The notes under the pieces: model-generated | The model's input: the letters and a program-made list of their open reading frames with translations, nothing else | Told to the model about the DNA's origin: nothing | Database searches by the model: none | Assembly: GCA_964187785.1 (NCBI GenBank) | Contig: OZ076413.1 | Location: forward strand, 47,432,001-47,496,000 | DNA from: Amphiscolops sp. MND2022 | Lineage: Eukaryota | DNA: 64,000 nucleotides | Direction: 5' to 3' | Shown: one piece after another, positions 38,998-50,365 of the stretch | How the letters are laid out: the number at the start of each line of letters is the position of its first letter | How positions within the stretch are numbered: position 1 is the stretch's first letter | Program-made: the position numbers and the translations under genes

Positions 38998-40690
38998 GGT
39001 CAAAGTGATAGCGCCCCACTCGAGAGGTGAAAATGGTTGCTTGTGGTTAGCTACTATGCCAATCTGGTTCCACAAAGTCTGGAGTAACAGGACGTCTCCG
39101 CACTGAGGGACGAAGTGGCCAACCAGGGAAATCTGAGTACAAATTCTAATTTCTTCAGAGCTGGGTGTAGCGGTTGTTCCGGCAATGTAGTCGTCGTAAA
39201 AGGGGTGCTTGTCCCCTATGTCAACTAAAACGGCGTTCTCAAAAAGGGGTTTTTCCCTCTCCAACTCAACTGGCGTAAGGACTCGTCCGTCTTTGCCCCG
39301 GACTTCGTGTCTCACTTGGCCAGTCACCGGGTCCACAAGGCGTAGGTGTTCGTACCTCCAGCGCTGGTCTTTTCGAAGGTGCGACTCTGACTGGTAGTGC
39401 CTCACGATTTCCCTGGCCCCTTTTGAGAACATAGAGATATTGGACTTGCAGATTTGGCAATAAAATTTGTGTTTATTGTGCTCTGGGTCCAAGGGGCCGG
39501 TCACGAAGGTTTTGGTCCATTTTATGCCTTTGAAATAGGCTTCTTTCATGACTTTTCCTGTAGATCCAGCCACCTTCCTGCGTTTTCGAACGGGCCTTTT
39601 GGGACCCTCGGGTGATTGGGGGGCACACAATTGGGATAACGGCCTGTAGTCAGAGGCAGTAAACCCCGGACTCGGGATCATTTCACTGGACGTAACTGCA
39701 TCAGTCGAAGTAGCCTGATTGTCCGTCGACACTTGGGGAAGTGTGGGTCGCCGGGTGATGAAATCGTCATCGGAACTTAAAGCCCCACTTGTATAGTCAT
39801 CTGTAGTGTGTCCGCCCCGGGATGTGTCTTCTGCCGAGCTCTCAGAATTTGTACGGGGAGCCCGAGAGCCTCCGGGTACAGCCCATTCCCTGTTCATCCT
39901 ACTGCCGGCTTTGAGAGCTTCGTTGACCAGTGAATGCATCGTGTGCAATGACGACGAAACGGCTTCATCTGAGACAACCTTGAGTAACGCATGGACCTGT
40001 GGCTCACTAAGAGCCAGGGTTCGGTGCCCAACAGGCAAGTGAACCGGTGGGGCCTCATTGAAATACTTCTTAAGCAATGCTCGACCAGGGACAGTAAGGC
40101 CAGTCTTTTCCTTCGATTGTCGTACGCGAGTAACAACACTGGATGTCTCAGCTAAACGGCCTGTATTCAGATCTTCTTGTCCCTCCTCCTCTGGATCACC
40201 AACCCCAGAAGCTATGAATGTGAGCATACGAGTCGTGGTATCCGCCCCGGCACTATCGTAGAGCTCCTCTACCGAGCTAGTATCAGTTTGGAAGTAGTCA
40301 GCTTTGAGCTTGAATTGGCCCTCTTCACTCATTTCTTCTTCATGAGTTTCAGTCTCCACTAGTCCGTCTGGCTGGCCCTCATTCTTCAATGAGCTTGTCG
40401 ATTGCATCCGAGACAGATGCCTTAGGTATAGTCTGTTCCGGAGTTGGCTCTGTCGATTCGGCCTCAATGGTCGGGTTGAAGCGAACTTCATGTTGGGGCC
40501 CTAATTCTTGTAATGTGCGCTCTACATATGCACTGACGCTCTCCTCTGTTGATGGACTGAGGGTTAAAGTCTCCTGGGGAATGACTTGTGTCGAGCTGAC
40601 GACGGTAGGGAGGGGATTTGCTGACTGTTCTTGCCCCTCTGTGCCAGTAGGTATGGTAGTAGCTTCTTCAAGAACGTTCTCTGACGACAT
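38998..40690 (-). CDS. Antisense accessory gene, coding exon 1 (acidic/disordered region, basic NLS-like motif, BED-like zinc finger)
   Basis: ATG at 40690 just after an acceptor-like tttttatttag. One extra base near 40382 splits it into ORFs 40379-40789 and 38959-40491. PKRPVRKRRK; CQIC-x16-H-x5-H at 39379-39459; ends ACC|gtaagt. Confidence 0.75.
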
Positions 40691-41963
40691 GTCTAAATAA
40701 AAAGAGAAGAAATCAAGCGGGAACCTTCCTGAATTAAAATCCATTTTACCGCATTTAAAAATCTTCCGGAACTTGATTTGTTTGAACACTTGTGAACACT
40801 TGTGTTATATGGACAGGAAGTTGATGAAAGTGATTAGAGCCCTGATCAAGCCTAATTTCTATTCAAAACAAAAGAAGAGCAACTACTTACTTGGAATTTG
40901 GTACTGGCAGTATATCAGTAGATCCTCGCAAAGATACAAATCGGCTTGTGAAGAAGTATGTCGCGATGAAGGTGAAAAAATTGCTGCACCGTATGTGTGA
41001 AGGAAGTTGGGGATGTTGAAATTGACTAAGATCACCAAGCTGGACTGGATGTCGATTAGTCAGAGTATTCCTTGCAGATCCGCAGGATTAGGGACGTGTG
41101 GACGCTGAGTCCCAAGATGAAAGTGGGATGGAGATATAAAGAAATGTATAAATAAAAACGACTCAGAAGACTAACTATCAACTAAATAAGAAGTGAGTAA
41201 ATACGTTGGTGATTAAATACTGGATAATACAAGAAGTGAATAGTACAACTGAATGATAAAGAATTGAAAGAAGAATTGGCGTTGTGACAAGATGTCAAGA
41301 TTGGAGTTCGTGGCTATACAATTTGGTGTCAAATTTACAAGTATTTACAATTTATGGAGATATGTGGATAAAGTCTGCCAGCGATATCTACTTTTTCCAT
41401 TAATTTCGAAAACTTTGTTATTTGCAAAATTATTCCATGATTTTATTTTATTTTATTTTATTTTATTTTATTCCGTTTTCAAGGTCATTTTATATTATTC
41501 CTTATATGGATTTACGACCTTGAGAGGCCATTTTAACTTGGGAGAAAATTTGCTGCAATCTTATTGGTTGATCATATCGATGAAGGCCGGCGTGGCTGAC
41601 TGCCATAACTTTACCTCCTTGAGTTTCTCAAGTACCTGATGAGTGTTAATAAACACTTGAAGTAACTCTCCTAACTTAGAAGTATTAGCCTAGCTGATGA
41701 TGGTCAATAAAACTGATGTCGGCAATTACAAAGTGTCTTGGCGGCATGATAAAAGAACAAGAGAAGCGGAATCTGTTATTGAAGAATTACTTGCCGGGAA
41801 ATGTGAAAACCCGGGAAAGGAGAGACGAAGAGACTCGCGGTCGAAGGAAACTGAGATCGCCATAATCTCAATTTCTCTGCTGAAAATCAGTTGATTTCAA
41901 CAACACCTAAATTCCAACAGGAAAACAATCAAAATTGCAAAGAAAATCTTCAAAATCCGAGCT

Positions 41964-42449
41964 ATGTCAGACATCTCCGAGACCTTCCCGATGGACTTCA
42001 TCGGAGCAGCAAGATCAGAAGGGGAACCGGCAATCATATACATCTCTAGCGACGAAGAGGAAGCGATGGACTCGAATTGTGGGTGGTCTGTGGATGACTT
42101 GTACTTGTCGTCCGAAGACGAATCAGACGAGATTAGACTCATGGCCAAATGCATTGAAAGACAACTTGCGGAGCCCATATCAATTCCTTCAACCTCACCC
42201 GGTCAGAAGCAGCAAAGACCTGTGACGCCCAGGCCAAATGTGCCACCATTTCCTACCTTTGGGGAGAAGTACTTCAACTTGGCAAGGGGAAATGGGCCTG
42301 TAAGTCGGGACAACAGGATCAAATCTAATCACCCCATAAATATATGCCGAAATCTAGTACCGCAAGTGGACACCCCGCTATCTCCACCTGAACAGGACAG
42401 AGGACTACAATACCCATGTGAACCTCATGACGATTACCATCCTCCATGA
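41964..42449 (+). CDS. Small acidic/Pro-rich accessory ORF (161 aa), function unknown
   Basis: Intact ATG-TGA ORF preceded by an acceptor-like cctaaattccaacag (AG at 41919-41920). Its stop overlaps the next ATG. Confidence 0.6.
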   Translation: MSDISETFPMDFIGAARSEGEPAIIYISSDEEEAMDSNCGWSVDDLYLSSEDESDEIRLMAKCIERQLAEPISIPSTSPGQKQQRPVTPRPNVPPFPTFGEKYFNLARGNGPVSRDNRIKSNHPINICRNLVPQVDTPLSPPEQDRGLQYPCEPHDDYHPP

Positions 42450-42781
42450 ACACGTCAATGGAAGCGGTGGCAAGTCATTTCGACGAGATGGTCCTTGCCG
42501 AGCCACCCTCCTTAGTCAACTACTCAGACTGCGTGGTATGCGGGAAATCAGTCAAACAAATTCAAGAAGAGACCGTCAATGAATATCTGGACAGGACAGT
42601 AACTGTAGGAGAGACTTTAGCTGAGACTCAGGCAAGGAGGAGAGCATTCCTAGATGGCATGAACGCAAACGCTTTTCTACTTATGCCAGGGGGAGTGTCG
42701 CGGGCTGCCGCCTGCGACGGCAATTGGTACTCAGTCGGCTACAACTACAATACTCTCCCTGGTACCCTCCCAATGAACTGA
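42446..42781 (+). CDS. Small CxxC accessory ORF (111 aa) running through the PPT into U3
   Basis: CVVCGKS motif. The C-terminal AAACDG...PGTLP is conserved with synonymous changes in solo LTR 50366-52238. Confidence 0.72.
   Translation: MNTSMEAVASHFDEMVLAEPPSLVNYSDCVVCGKSVKQIQEETVNEYLDRTVTVGETLAETQARRRAFLDGMNANAFLLMPGGVSRAAACDGNWYSVGYNYNTLPGTLPMN
42688..42695 (+). promoter_or_regulatory. Polypurine tract
   Basis: AGGGGGAG immediately before the TG of the 3' LTR. Confidence 0.8.
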
Positions 42782-44436
42782 GGAATGGACTATTAGTCCA
42801 AAAGTCTAAGAAGACAAACTATAAACTTATCTTATTGTGATTGATTTCGCATATGTTTATGTAAGTATATCATTTTATTCGGGGCTTTTATATTAATGAA
42901 GTTTGAAACGATTTGGAATAATTATCCGGAATTAGCCATGTAAAGTATGTAGTTGAAAATTGAATATAGTGTATTAATACATGTATAACAGTGATAGATA
43001 TATACCACGGCTGAGAAATTGGACACCAAGGCGTACAGGTAAAGGAAACGAGTTCAAATGTTTCCTTTCCTGTCTCGCTAGACGCGCTGTCCGTCCAATT
43101 TCTCAACCAATCACAGTGCATTGTTGATTTGCTCGCTCCTGTGCTGTATTCTAAATTAAAGGACTCAAGGGCCACACGCCACCACAACGACGCTACTCTT
43201 GTATTAAATAAGGACGCGTGGACACTGAGTCCAAAGTAGAATAAAAGAAGTGCGTATATTGAAATTGATAATGTACTATCTCAGAAGCGGTATATTTACT
43301 CTGATTGGAGACCTGTCACCTTGTTTACAAAAGGACCATTAGTCCTTCCCCCCTCTTTTGTGTTCTCTTATTTTCCAGAACTTCCTGGATAGAAAGTCAA
43401 AACGGGCTGTTTGTATCTTAAAAAGCCATAAAGGACAGCTCAATGTTCATACACCATCTTTGCATGTATTTATTTCATATGATTTAGCATGTATTGTTTT
43501 ACATGAAGTGTTGCTACTGAAACTTGATTGGATGACCTGAAGGGGCACATGTACATCTTTGAATGTAACTACTTCATATATGTAGAAGCACGTAAATCAA
43601 TTACGTCATAGTTGTTGCTATTTTTAGTATTATGATAATATACTTGTAAAGACACGTTGTATGTTGTGTCTATTTTTAGAATACCTGTTACTAAAATTAG
43701 ACTGATGACTACCACTTTTATGCATGTCATGTTTAGTTGATTATAAATAACCGGGACCCGTGGTCCTGGGGACATAATCTTCATACGAATAGTCACAGTC
43801 AAGTTCGCTGTTATAATACCGAATACAATATTATTTGCAAGCTTAAAGATTTCAATTTAAATTCTTTCCTCTTGCAACAATCTCTCATGCCTTCTACGAG
43901 ACGTCAAAAGGCGAAAACTAGAAAGTCTAGAGAAATGGACATGATGTCCGATATGGACAACTTGGACGTAATGTTGGGTAATGGGAGTGAAAATCCTATA
44001 GAGAGAGAATTAACTGAAGTAATTGAACAATCTTCAGTTCGTAGTGACAGTGAGGCTAATCTGTACCAAAGGGATGAATATAGAAACTTCTCCCATGAGA
44101 ATAGTGAATACAGGCAGAACGATGTTAGGCAGTCTTTTGAAACTTTCTCAAATGAATTTAATCTTAGACTGTCTCAAGAAATGGATTCCATGATGGCCAT
44201 GGTACATAGCCAAATAAATAGGGCAATCAGTACTGCCATATCAGAAAAGGTGCTACCAGAGATTCAAAATATTGTGAGTTCAATGTCTTCCTCTGGGAAC
44301 AGGGACACTGAGGCTAGTATGTCTCCTAGCAGTCAGGAAAATAGGGAAAATCCATCCGGCTTGAAAACAAAATTATTGAAAAAGGACTCGCGGTCCGTTG
44401 GTGATTTGAGAGACACCACGGGACGTGGCTCTTACA
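42696..44436 (+). repeat. 3' LTR (1,741 bp)
   Basis: Near-identical copy of the 5' LTR, preceded by the PPT and followed by TSD GTATC. Confidence 0.97.
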
Positions 44437-44537
44437 GTATCACACCGTGTTTTTATTGCATCGTTGTTCCTTTTCGAAAAAAAAATCAGATAGCTTCAAG
44501 CGGATTTGTCCTCTTTTTTACTGACTTTTGGCGTTAG
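43888..44537 (+). other. 3'-LTR copy of the Gag N-terminal ORF reading into flanking DNA
   Basis: Same 183 codons as in the 5' LTR (2 aa differences), continuing about 33 codons into the flank. Confidence 0.8.
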
Positions 44538-45174
44538 TCGTAAAAGAAAATTATACAGTTTTGCAACACAGGTGTGAAAAACATCAATTCGACAGTTCAT
44601 TGCAATTTTGGCTCATGACAAGAGTACCAACGTTTTTTTAATATAGGGAAGAGGTGTTAAAAAGATTTAGATATTCGAAATTGCAACTAAAATGGGAAAA
44701 ATGGCTGGAACGAGTTCCTAAATTTAAAACATTAACTTGAAACCAAAAATCATGCTGAACTCGAGTTGTTTTTGCAACAAGACAAGTGGAGGGTGCTCCA
44801 TTGAAAGTGGGAAACTTTCGCTTCTTCTTGGCCCGTAAAATAATATTATATAATCAGACGTCTAAAAGAAGCACTCGTCGGATGCCTCCAAGGAATTAGG
44901 CCTAAATTAGTAAAAAGTCTAGTATTGCTGTAAGTTATAACCTAATTTCATGTGTTGGTTGCTAAATAACTTAGGTTTTATGTGGACGCCAAAGAAGCAG
45001 TTCTCCTTTTCTAGGTCGGCCTCCTTTCGGATACTATCTCCCCATATTTGCAGCCAATTACCCAAGCAATGGTTACCTTGGAGATGTGCTTTCAAAGCGA
45101 CTTGCTCAAGGTCAAAGTGGTTTGACTGCTCACCGTTGCTCTTTTTGTGTTTGCTTTTTTTCCGCCAAATGCAT

Positions 45175-45313
45175 CATTTTTTGTCATTGACCATACCACT
45201 AAGCTAGCGATGAAGGACTTCCTTAAGGCCCAACAATGGCGAACTGAGAGAGATTCGAACCTGATACCGCCCAAGTACAGATCAAATGCTCTAACCACTT
45301 AACCATGCTCCCC
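45175..45313 (-). mobile_element. tRNA-derived SINE-like element
   Basis: GGGGAGCATGGTTAAGTGGTTAGAGC (A box) ... GGTTCGAATCT (B box); no matching acceptor-stem 3' half. The 3' boundary is approximate. Confidence 0.5.
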
Positions 45314-46661
45314 AATCACTACACCATGCTCCTCTCATAAGAATATGCTATTGGAACGATATGAATTAAGAAAAAAGCAATTTCGGCGCAAGCTAGATTC
45401 GAGCACCTGAGATTCCGCTTGGCAAGACGCAAAAACATTGAAAATGCTATAACCAAATTTTCAACGTTATATCCGAATTATCTTACTATATATACCCAAA
45501 TGCCGTTTCTATAGTTCAATTTGAAAACAAAAATTTGAGCGCCAAACAGAATTCGAACCCGTTTTCTTCTGTTTCTCGCGTTAACGATGCACCCTCTAAG
45601 TTGTCAAGTGCCACTGTGGGCACTTTTTTTTCAAAAACTGCCGTTTAAAATACGAATAAACGGAAATTCATTAAAACTGAGAACTTATTTTTTATACTAT
45701 CCGAAATACCCACCTTTTGCTGCAATTTAGATGATTCCTGATCGTTTTGCTGCCTGATAGTGTACGTTTTTCGGATTGCCTGCACAACGCTTTCCAAAAT
45801 ACGAATAAAAGTATTATAATACACTAAAGTACCGGCTGGAATTCCTCCGCAATTCTTACCAAAAATGAATTTCTTACAGGAATCTTACAAGATTGTACAA
45901 GAACAGCTAATTTTGCAAGTTTGTCACAATGTCGAACATTTCTAACAAGATTTTGATAGCATTAAACAAAATTATCATCTATTCGCAAGAAAATCTTACA
46001 AAAAATACATTGTGTAATATTTCGAAAAAAAAGTTTCAACCAAAAGTGCGTTCAAGGTTTCTTGGACTTTTCCTGTAACTTTTTTGAATAACATCTGTAT
46101 CTCTCCAAAATCTGTATCTCTAACAGGGTCACCTCAAGGGTAGACGTTTTTCTGCACCGCGTTTCCATCCGGATACAAAAACGCTAAACACACTCGATTT
46201 GGCACACGAAAATTTTCAAAGCGCTCTCTATTTCTTTCGGTATATTCATCTTGAAGTCTCTGAAACAAAAGTCTCACATTTTGATTAGCATCAGAACGGA
46301 ATTTTTTCTTTTAAAGTCGAATCATTATTTCAAAAGTACATGGTTTCTTAGTTTAAGACCCAATAATTAAAAAATATTGATTAGAGGAAAAACTTTATTC
46401 AATCATTTGTGTAGTTTTGACACCGTTTTTCAACTTTTACATTTAAAACTGTTGTATTCTCATTTAAGTGAAAAGAATATCTTTCATAAAATTGAACTGT
46501 TTCGTATCAAGCCTTTTTCATCTACTGATAAGTAGTATCATCTGCACTTAAGTGGCAGGAACAGGTAGTATACAAACACAAATGTGTATATATATATAAA
46601 CTAAATGTACAAAAGCTAGACTAATTATATAAATGAGTTCTGTCTAGTGTCCTCTATACTA

Positions 46662-47784
46662 CAAAGTGTTTTTTTTAGTTGTCACACTTTTGTTTTTAAA
46701 TATCTCGTCGACCAGTTAAGCTACTAAGATGAAATTTTGCATGCATGAAGCCAAGATAATAGAAGAAAGATCTATAACAAAAAATTGCTTCAATTCAATT
46801 TACTTCAACCGTAACAGAAAGTTAAATTTTTCGCTGGGTTTTAGAAAGCGGCTCATTGTGTTCACCGGGTTTTTCCACCACCAATTTGCAACGGTGTAAC
46901 AGATTCGCCCAAACTCGCAAAAATAGACCTGTATCGCCTCGAATATCGTCAAAAGCGCTCTTGATCCGATCTTTTAAGCCGCGTATAGTGGTTGCTTTGA
47001 CGTCCTTGAAGACCCTTTCTTTCAAGTTACCCCAAAGAAAGAAGTCCCCAAATTTTTTCTTACTGAGGGTTGTCTCAGTGAAGTGATCTTCAGGGCGACT
47101 TTCAGCAATTAGAGTCGTCGGAGAAGAAAAAATGGCTCACCTCAAAAAGGGTATGAGCGGCCTCACAAAACCACTTACCCAAAGCTACCCTCTGCGGTTT
47201 GTCTTCGTCTTTGAGTTCTTTGAAGATTAACAATTTGTAATGAAAAAATTTCAGTTTTTTGCCGCTTTCCGAACAGACGTTACAGAAGTTTGTAATGATC
47301 GGGCAGTTTTGCGCAGTGAAGTGAGGCCCTTAAGTCCTCTGCTTACGCGATTGACAAATTGGTCGGTAACGACTGGTGCATCCCTGATCCGAATAATAAC
47401 CCGCCTGTCAGTAATTGTCCCGTGGTCTCTGAGCTTTTCTCTTAGTCGGTACACTGTTCTGCGATCAACTTCTTTACCGAAGCGACGTCGAAACTCGTTC
47501 TATGTAAGCTTAACGCTTCCAGTCTTGTAAAAACTTTCTAACAGAAAGACGTTTTCTGCATGAGAAAGCATTGTGCAAAGTGGTGTTTTATCACGGCGGT
47601 TTTTGAATCGGAAGTAAAATTCTTTCACATGTTGTGAAACGAGGTAACGTTAGTAATCGTTTCATGTTAACACAAACGCTCTTCTATTATTTTAGCTCGA
47701 CACATGCAAATGTTCGTATTCCTAGCTCCACGTCAAGGGAAGTTATTGCAATTCAAAAGTGTGACAACTAAAAAAAACACTTTG
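46662..47784 (-). mobile_element. Tc1/mariner-superfamily transposon, internally deleted
   Basis: Perfect 31-bp TIRs (46662-46692, 47754-47784); TA on the left, AA on the right. Transposase remnants from ATG 47571: FYKTGSV..FRRRFG HTH and DFFLWGNLKERVF. Most of the catalytic core is missing. Confidence 0.9.
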
Positions 47785-50365
47785 AACAATAACTTTCTCT
47801 GCAACTGCTTTCTTGGAACATTAACAGCCAAAACAGTTGTAATTGCTCCAAAAAATGTCTTCGAATACTTTACCATACTATTAATTCGCATTTTGTGACA
47901 ACTTTGTGGTGTATATCCCGAAGGAGGGCGTTTTCAGAGAAAGTGTTAGAGACAAAAATTAGAGATTTGACTAAAAGGTTTGAAACTGCAGACATTTCTT
48001 ATGAAAAGCGGTTTTTCAGATATTGCATGTTACGTTTTGGAAAATGCCACAGGTAAAAAGTAACTTTTGTAACGTTTATTTGATTCTGTAACAGAAAGGA
48101 TCCAAGTAATTCTGATCAAAAATAGAGAAATCGTGCTTCGATATGTTTTGATGGCCAACTCGGGTCGTTTTTAGTAGGCGTTTTTTGAAATAAAACGCAA
48201 CTAATATAGTGACTTTCTCTCGTGTTCTTTTTCTTTTTCTTTCCGGTCGAAGTGACCAATTTATGCTTGATGCCAAATTTTAAACCAACAAGTTCCTACA
48301 AAACGACAAATTGTTCGTAGGGGTCCTCTTTTTAAAAATTTAATTAACAAAATTAATAAAAAACAGATATGATGGTTTTTTGGGTAATTTTTTGGACTTT
48401 TTTTCTCACTTTTCACTTTTCTAAATGGTCCCTTGTTGGTTTTCTTGCTCCTGTTAGTTAAAAAGGCCTTTTCAAAACGAAAGGATCACTCCTTTGGATG
48501 TTTTACCACTCTGCGGAGATTTTGAAAATTTGTTTCTTTAAAAAAGAGTTCACACCTTGGTTTTTAAAATTTTTCTTGTGGGAAATGCTTTGGTCTTCTG
48601 ATGTTTCTGTTGAGAATAAAAGCAGAAAACTTTTTAAGACGAAAGAGTCCCTCTCCCTTTGGAATTTTTGGCACTGTGCGGCTTTTTATGGGAATATATT
48701 TATTTCGAAAAGGGTTTTCGCTTTGGTTTTTCTGATGTTTCAGATGGGAAAAGAAGCAGAAAAGTTTTGTCTTCCTCATGTTTCTAGTGAGAAAAAACCA
48801 AGAAAAAACCATTTAAGACCAAAGAATCCGTTTTCGAATTTTTCGGCACCACACCATTTTCTCAATACATTATTATACGATACACTGTCTACCATACATG
48901 AATATACAGTAAACAGCTTTCATGGCACATGGCAATACACTGAGCAAAATACCTACTGATTACCACCAGAAATTGGGATTTTTTCATTGTAAAAATTGCA
49001 TTTTGCATTGAACCGTTTTGATGGTGATGGAAAAGCAAACTGGCATTCATTATGATTCGGAAACGCTTCTGGTCAATAATTGTGCTAGAAGTTCATTTAT
49101 TAAGTTTTATCTAACCATAAAACATTGTGGCGATTCTCATTGCTTTTTGACTGAAACTTGGAAATCCATTCATTATTTTTTTTGGTATAGCGATTTGGAG
49201 AAACAGTAGAAAGAAGTTGATTTATTGGCATTTTTGTACCATGGTTCACAAAATGAGAAAAAAAATCGAAGAAACATGCTGGCCTTAAGCGAGCTATATT
49301 TATAGACAAAACAACCAGTGTTTGAATATTTGCTTAGTGGGCAGTTCGTTTGAATGAGACGATGGTTTTTTAACACACTGTGCAATATGTGCAGTCGGTT
49401 TGTTCTGAACGCAGATTGCGTTTTGTGGACACAACAAACTGGGACTGAAGTGATAAATTTGCGCCTCAAAGTCAATCATTTTTCAACGTTTTTTTTTCAC
49501 AAGTTATTTTTGTTTGAGTGTAGATATAATGAACTTCACATAGATAAATTTCATTCATTCATGCGTTTTGCTAAGATAACTCTAATAAATATCATTACGC
49601 ACTCGTGAAGTTCTTCCGATACCAAACGAACTGATATACAAATTAAAAGTTTCATTAATTCTCGAAAACACTGCAAGGTAATCGTCTTTGTGCCCTTTGC
49701 AGCATTTGCTTTTTCCAGGCACCTAAAATCATTTACGTACAAGTCCAATCTTTTAAAAACGGCTGAATATACATACATTTGTTGAGATCAAAATTGTTTT
49801 CCGAAGCCTCTTTTTTATCGTCGACAATATGTATATTGTAACCGAAGGTGGAGTCAACTGTTCTTCTAAAAGATCTACAACTTTGCATATATCAAATCTG
49901 ATTCTCTAAAAAATGAAACTTCAGTTTTCCAGGTGTTTTGTTCTGCTTTGTCAGTGTCTCTTTTTGATTTTCTTATACATTCCCCAGGACCAGAATTTTC
50001 ATATTGCACTTCCGGAAAAAGGAAACTGGTTGAAAAGACAATTCATGGAAAATGATAAAATCCAGGCATTACAATAACAGCAAGAACATCCAAAGTGTCC
50101 TGGAAGCTACCGAGAAGTCGCGGTTATTTTAGGACATTAATTGAAATTGCGGTTCACTTTGGTCGGTGATCGCAGGGTTGGCTGAACGCAATGCAGTGAT
50201 TTTTGAGCATCATTAAGCTATTCTAAATAGAAATCACGTTGAGGAGGTTTTAAAATGTTAATACTATGGGAAAACAACTTTGCAAACAAATATCGGATAA
50301 GCAACACCATTAACTTCATCAGCACTGTGGTGGTCTTCAATTCGATTCATTAGAGATACAATTTC

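Larger units (their letters stand above)
28654..44436 (+). mobile_element. Full-length 15.8-kb Ty3/Gypsy LTR retrotransposon with accessory genes
   Basis: LTRs 28654-30395 and 42696-44436 (TG...CA), TSD GTATC at 28649-28653 and 44437-44441, PBS, PPT, and gag-PR-RT-RH-IN order. Confidence 0.98.

Noticed and set aside
36640..41900. Independent hAT transposon nested in the retroelement
   Set aside because: No TIR pair or 8-bp TSD was recognised and the catalytic motifs look lost. Disfavoured, but not formally excluded without other copies.
36836..42781. env gene in the pol-3' LTR interval
   Set aside because: No sense ORF with a signal peptide plus C-terminal transmembrane anchor. The long coding sequence is antisense and looks nuclear (NLS-like motif, zinc finger).
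28654..44436. Segmental duplication or assembly artefact explaining the 1.74-kb direct repeat
   Set aside because: TG...CA ends, a 5-bp TSD, PBS, PPT and scattered differences between copies identify true LTRs.
45247..45313. Functional tRNA gene
   Set aside because: A and B boxes are present, but the acceptor stem does not pair; better explained as a SINE head.
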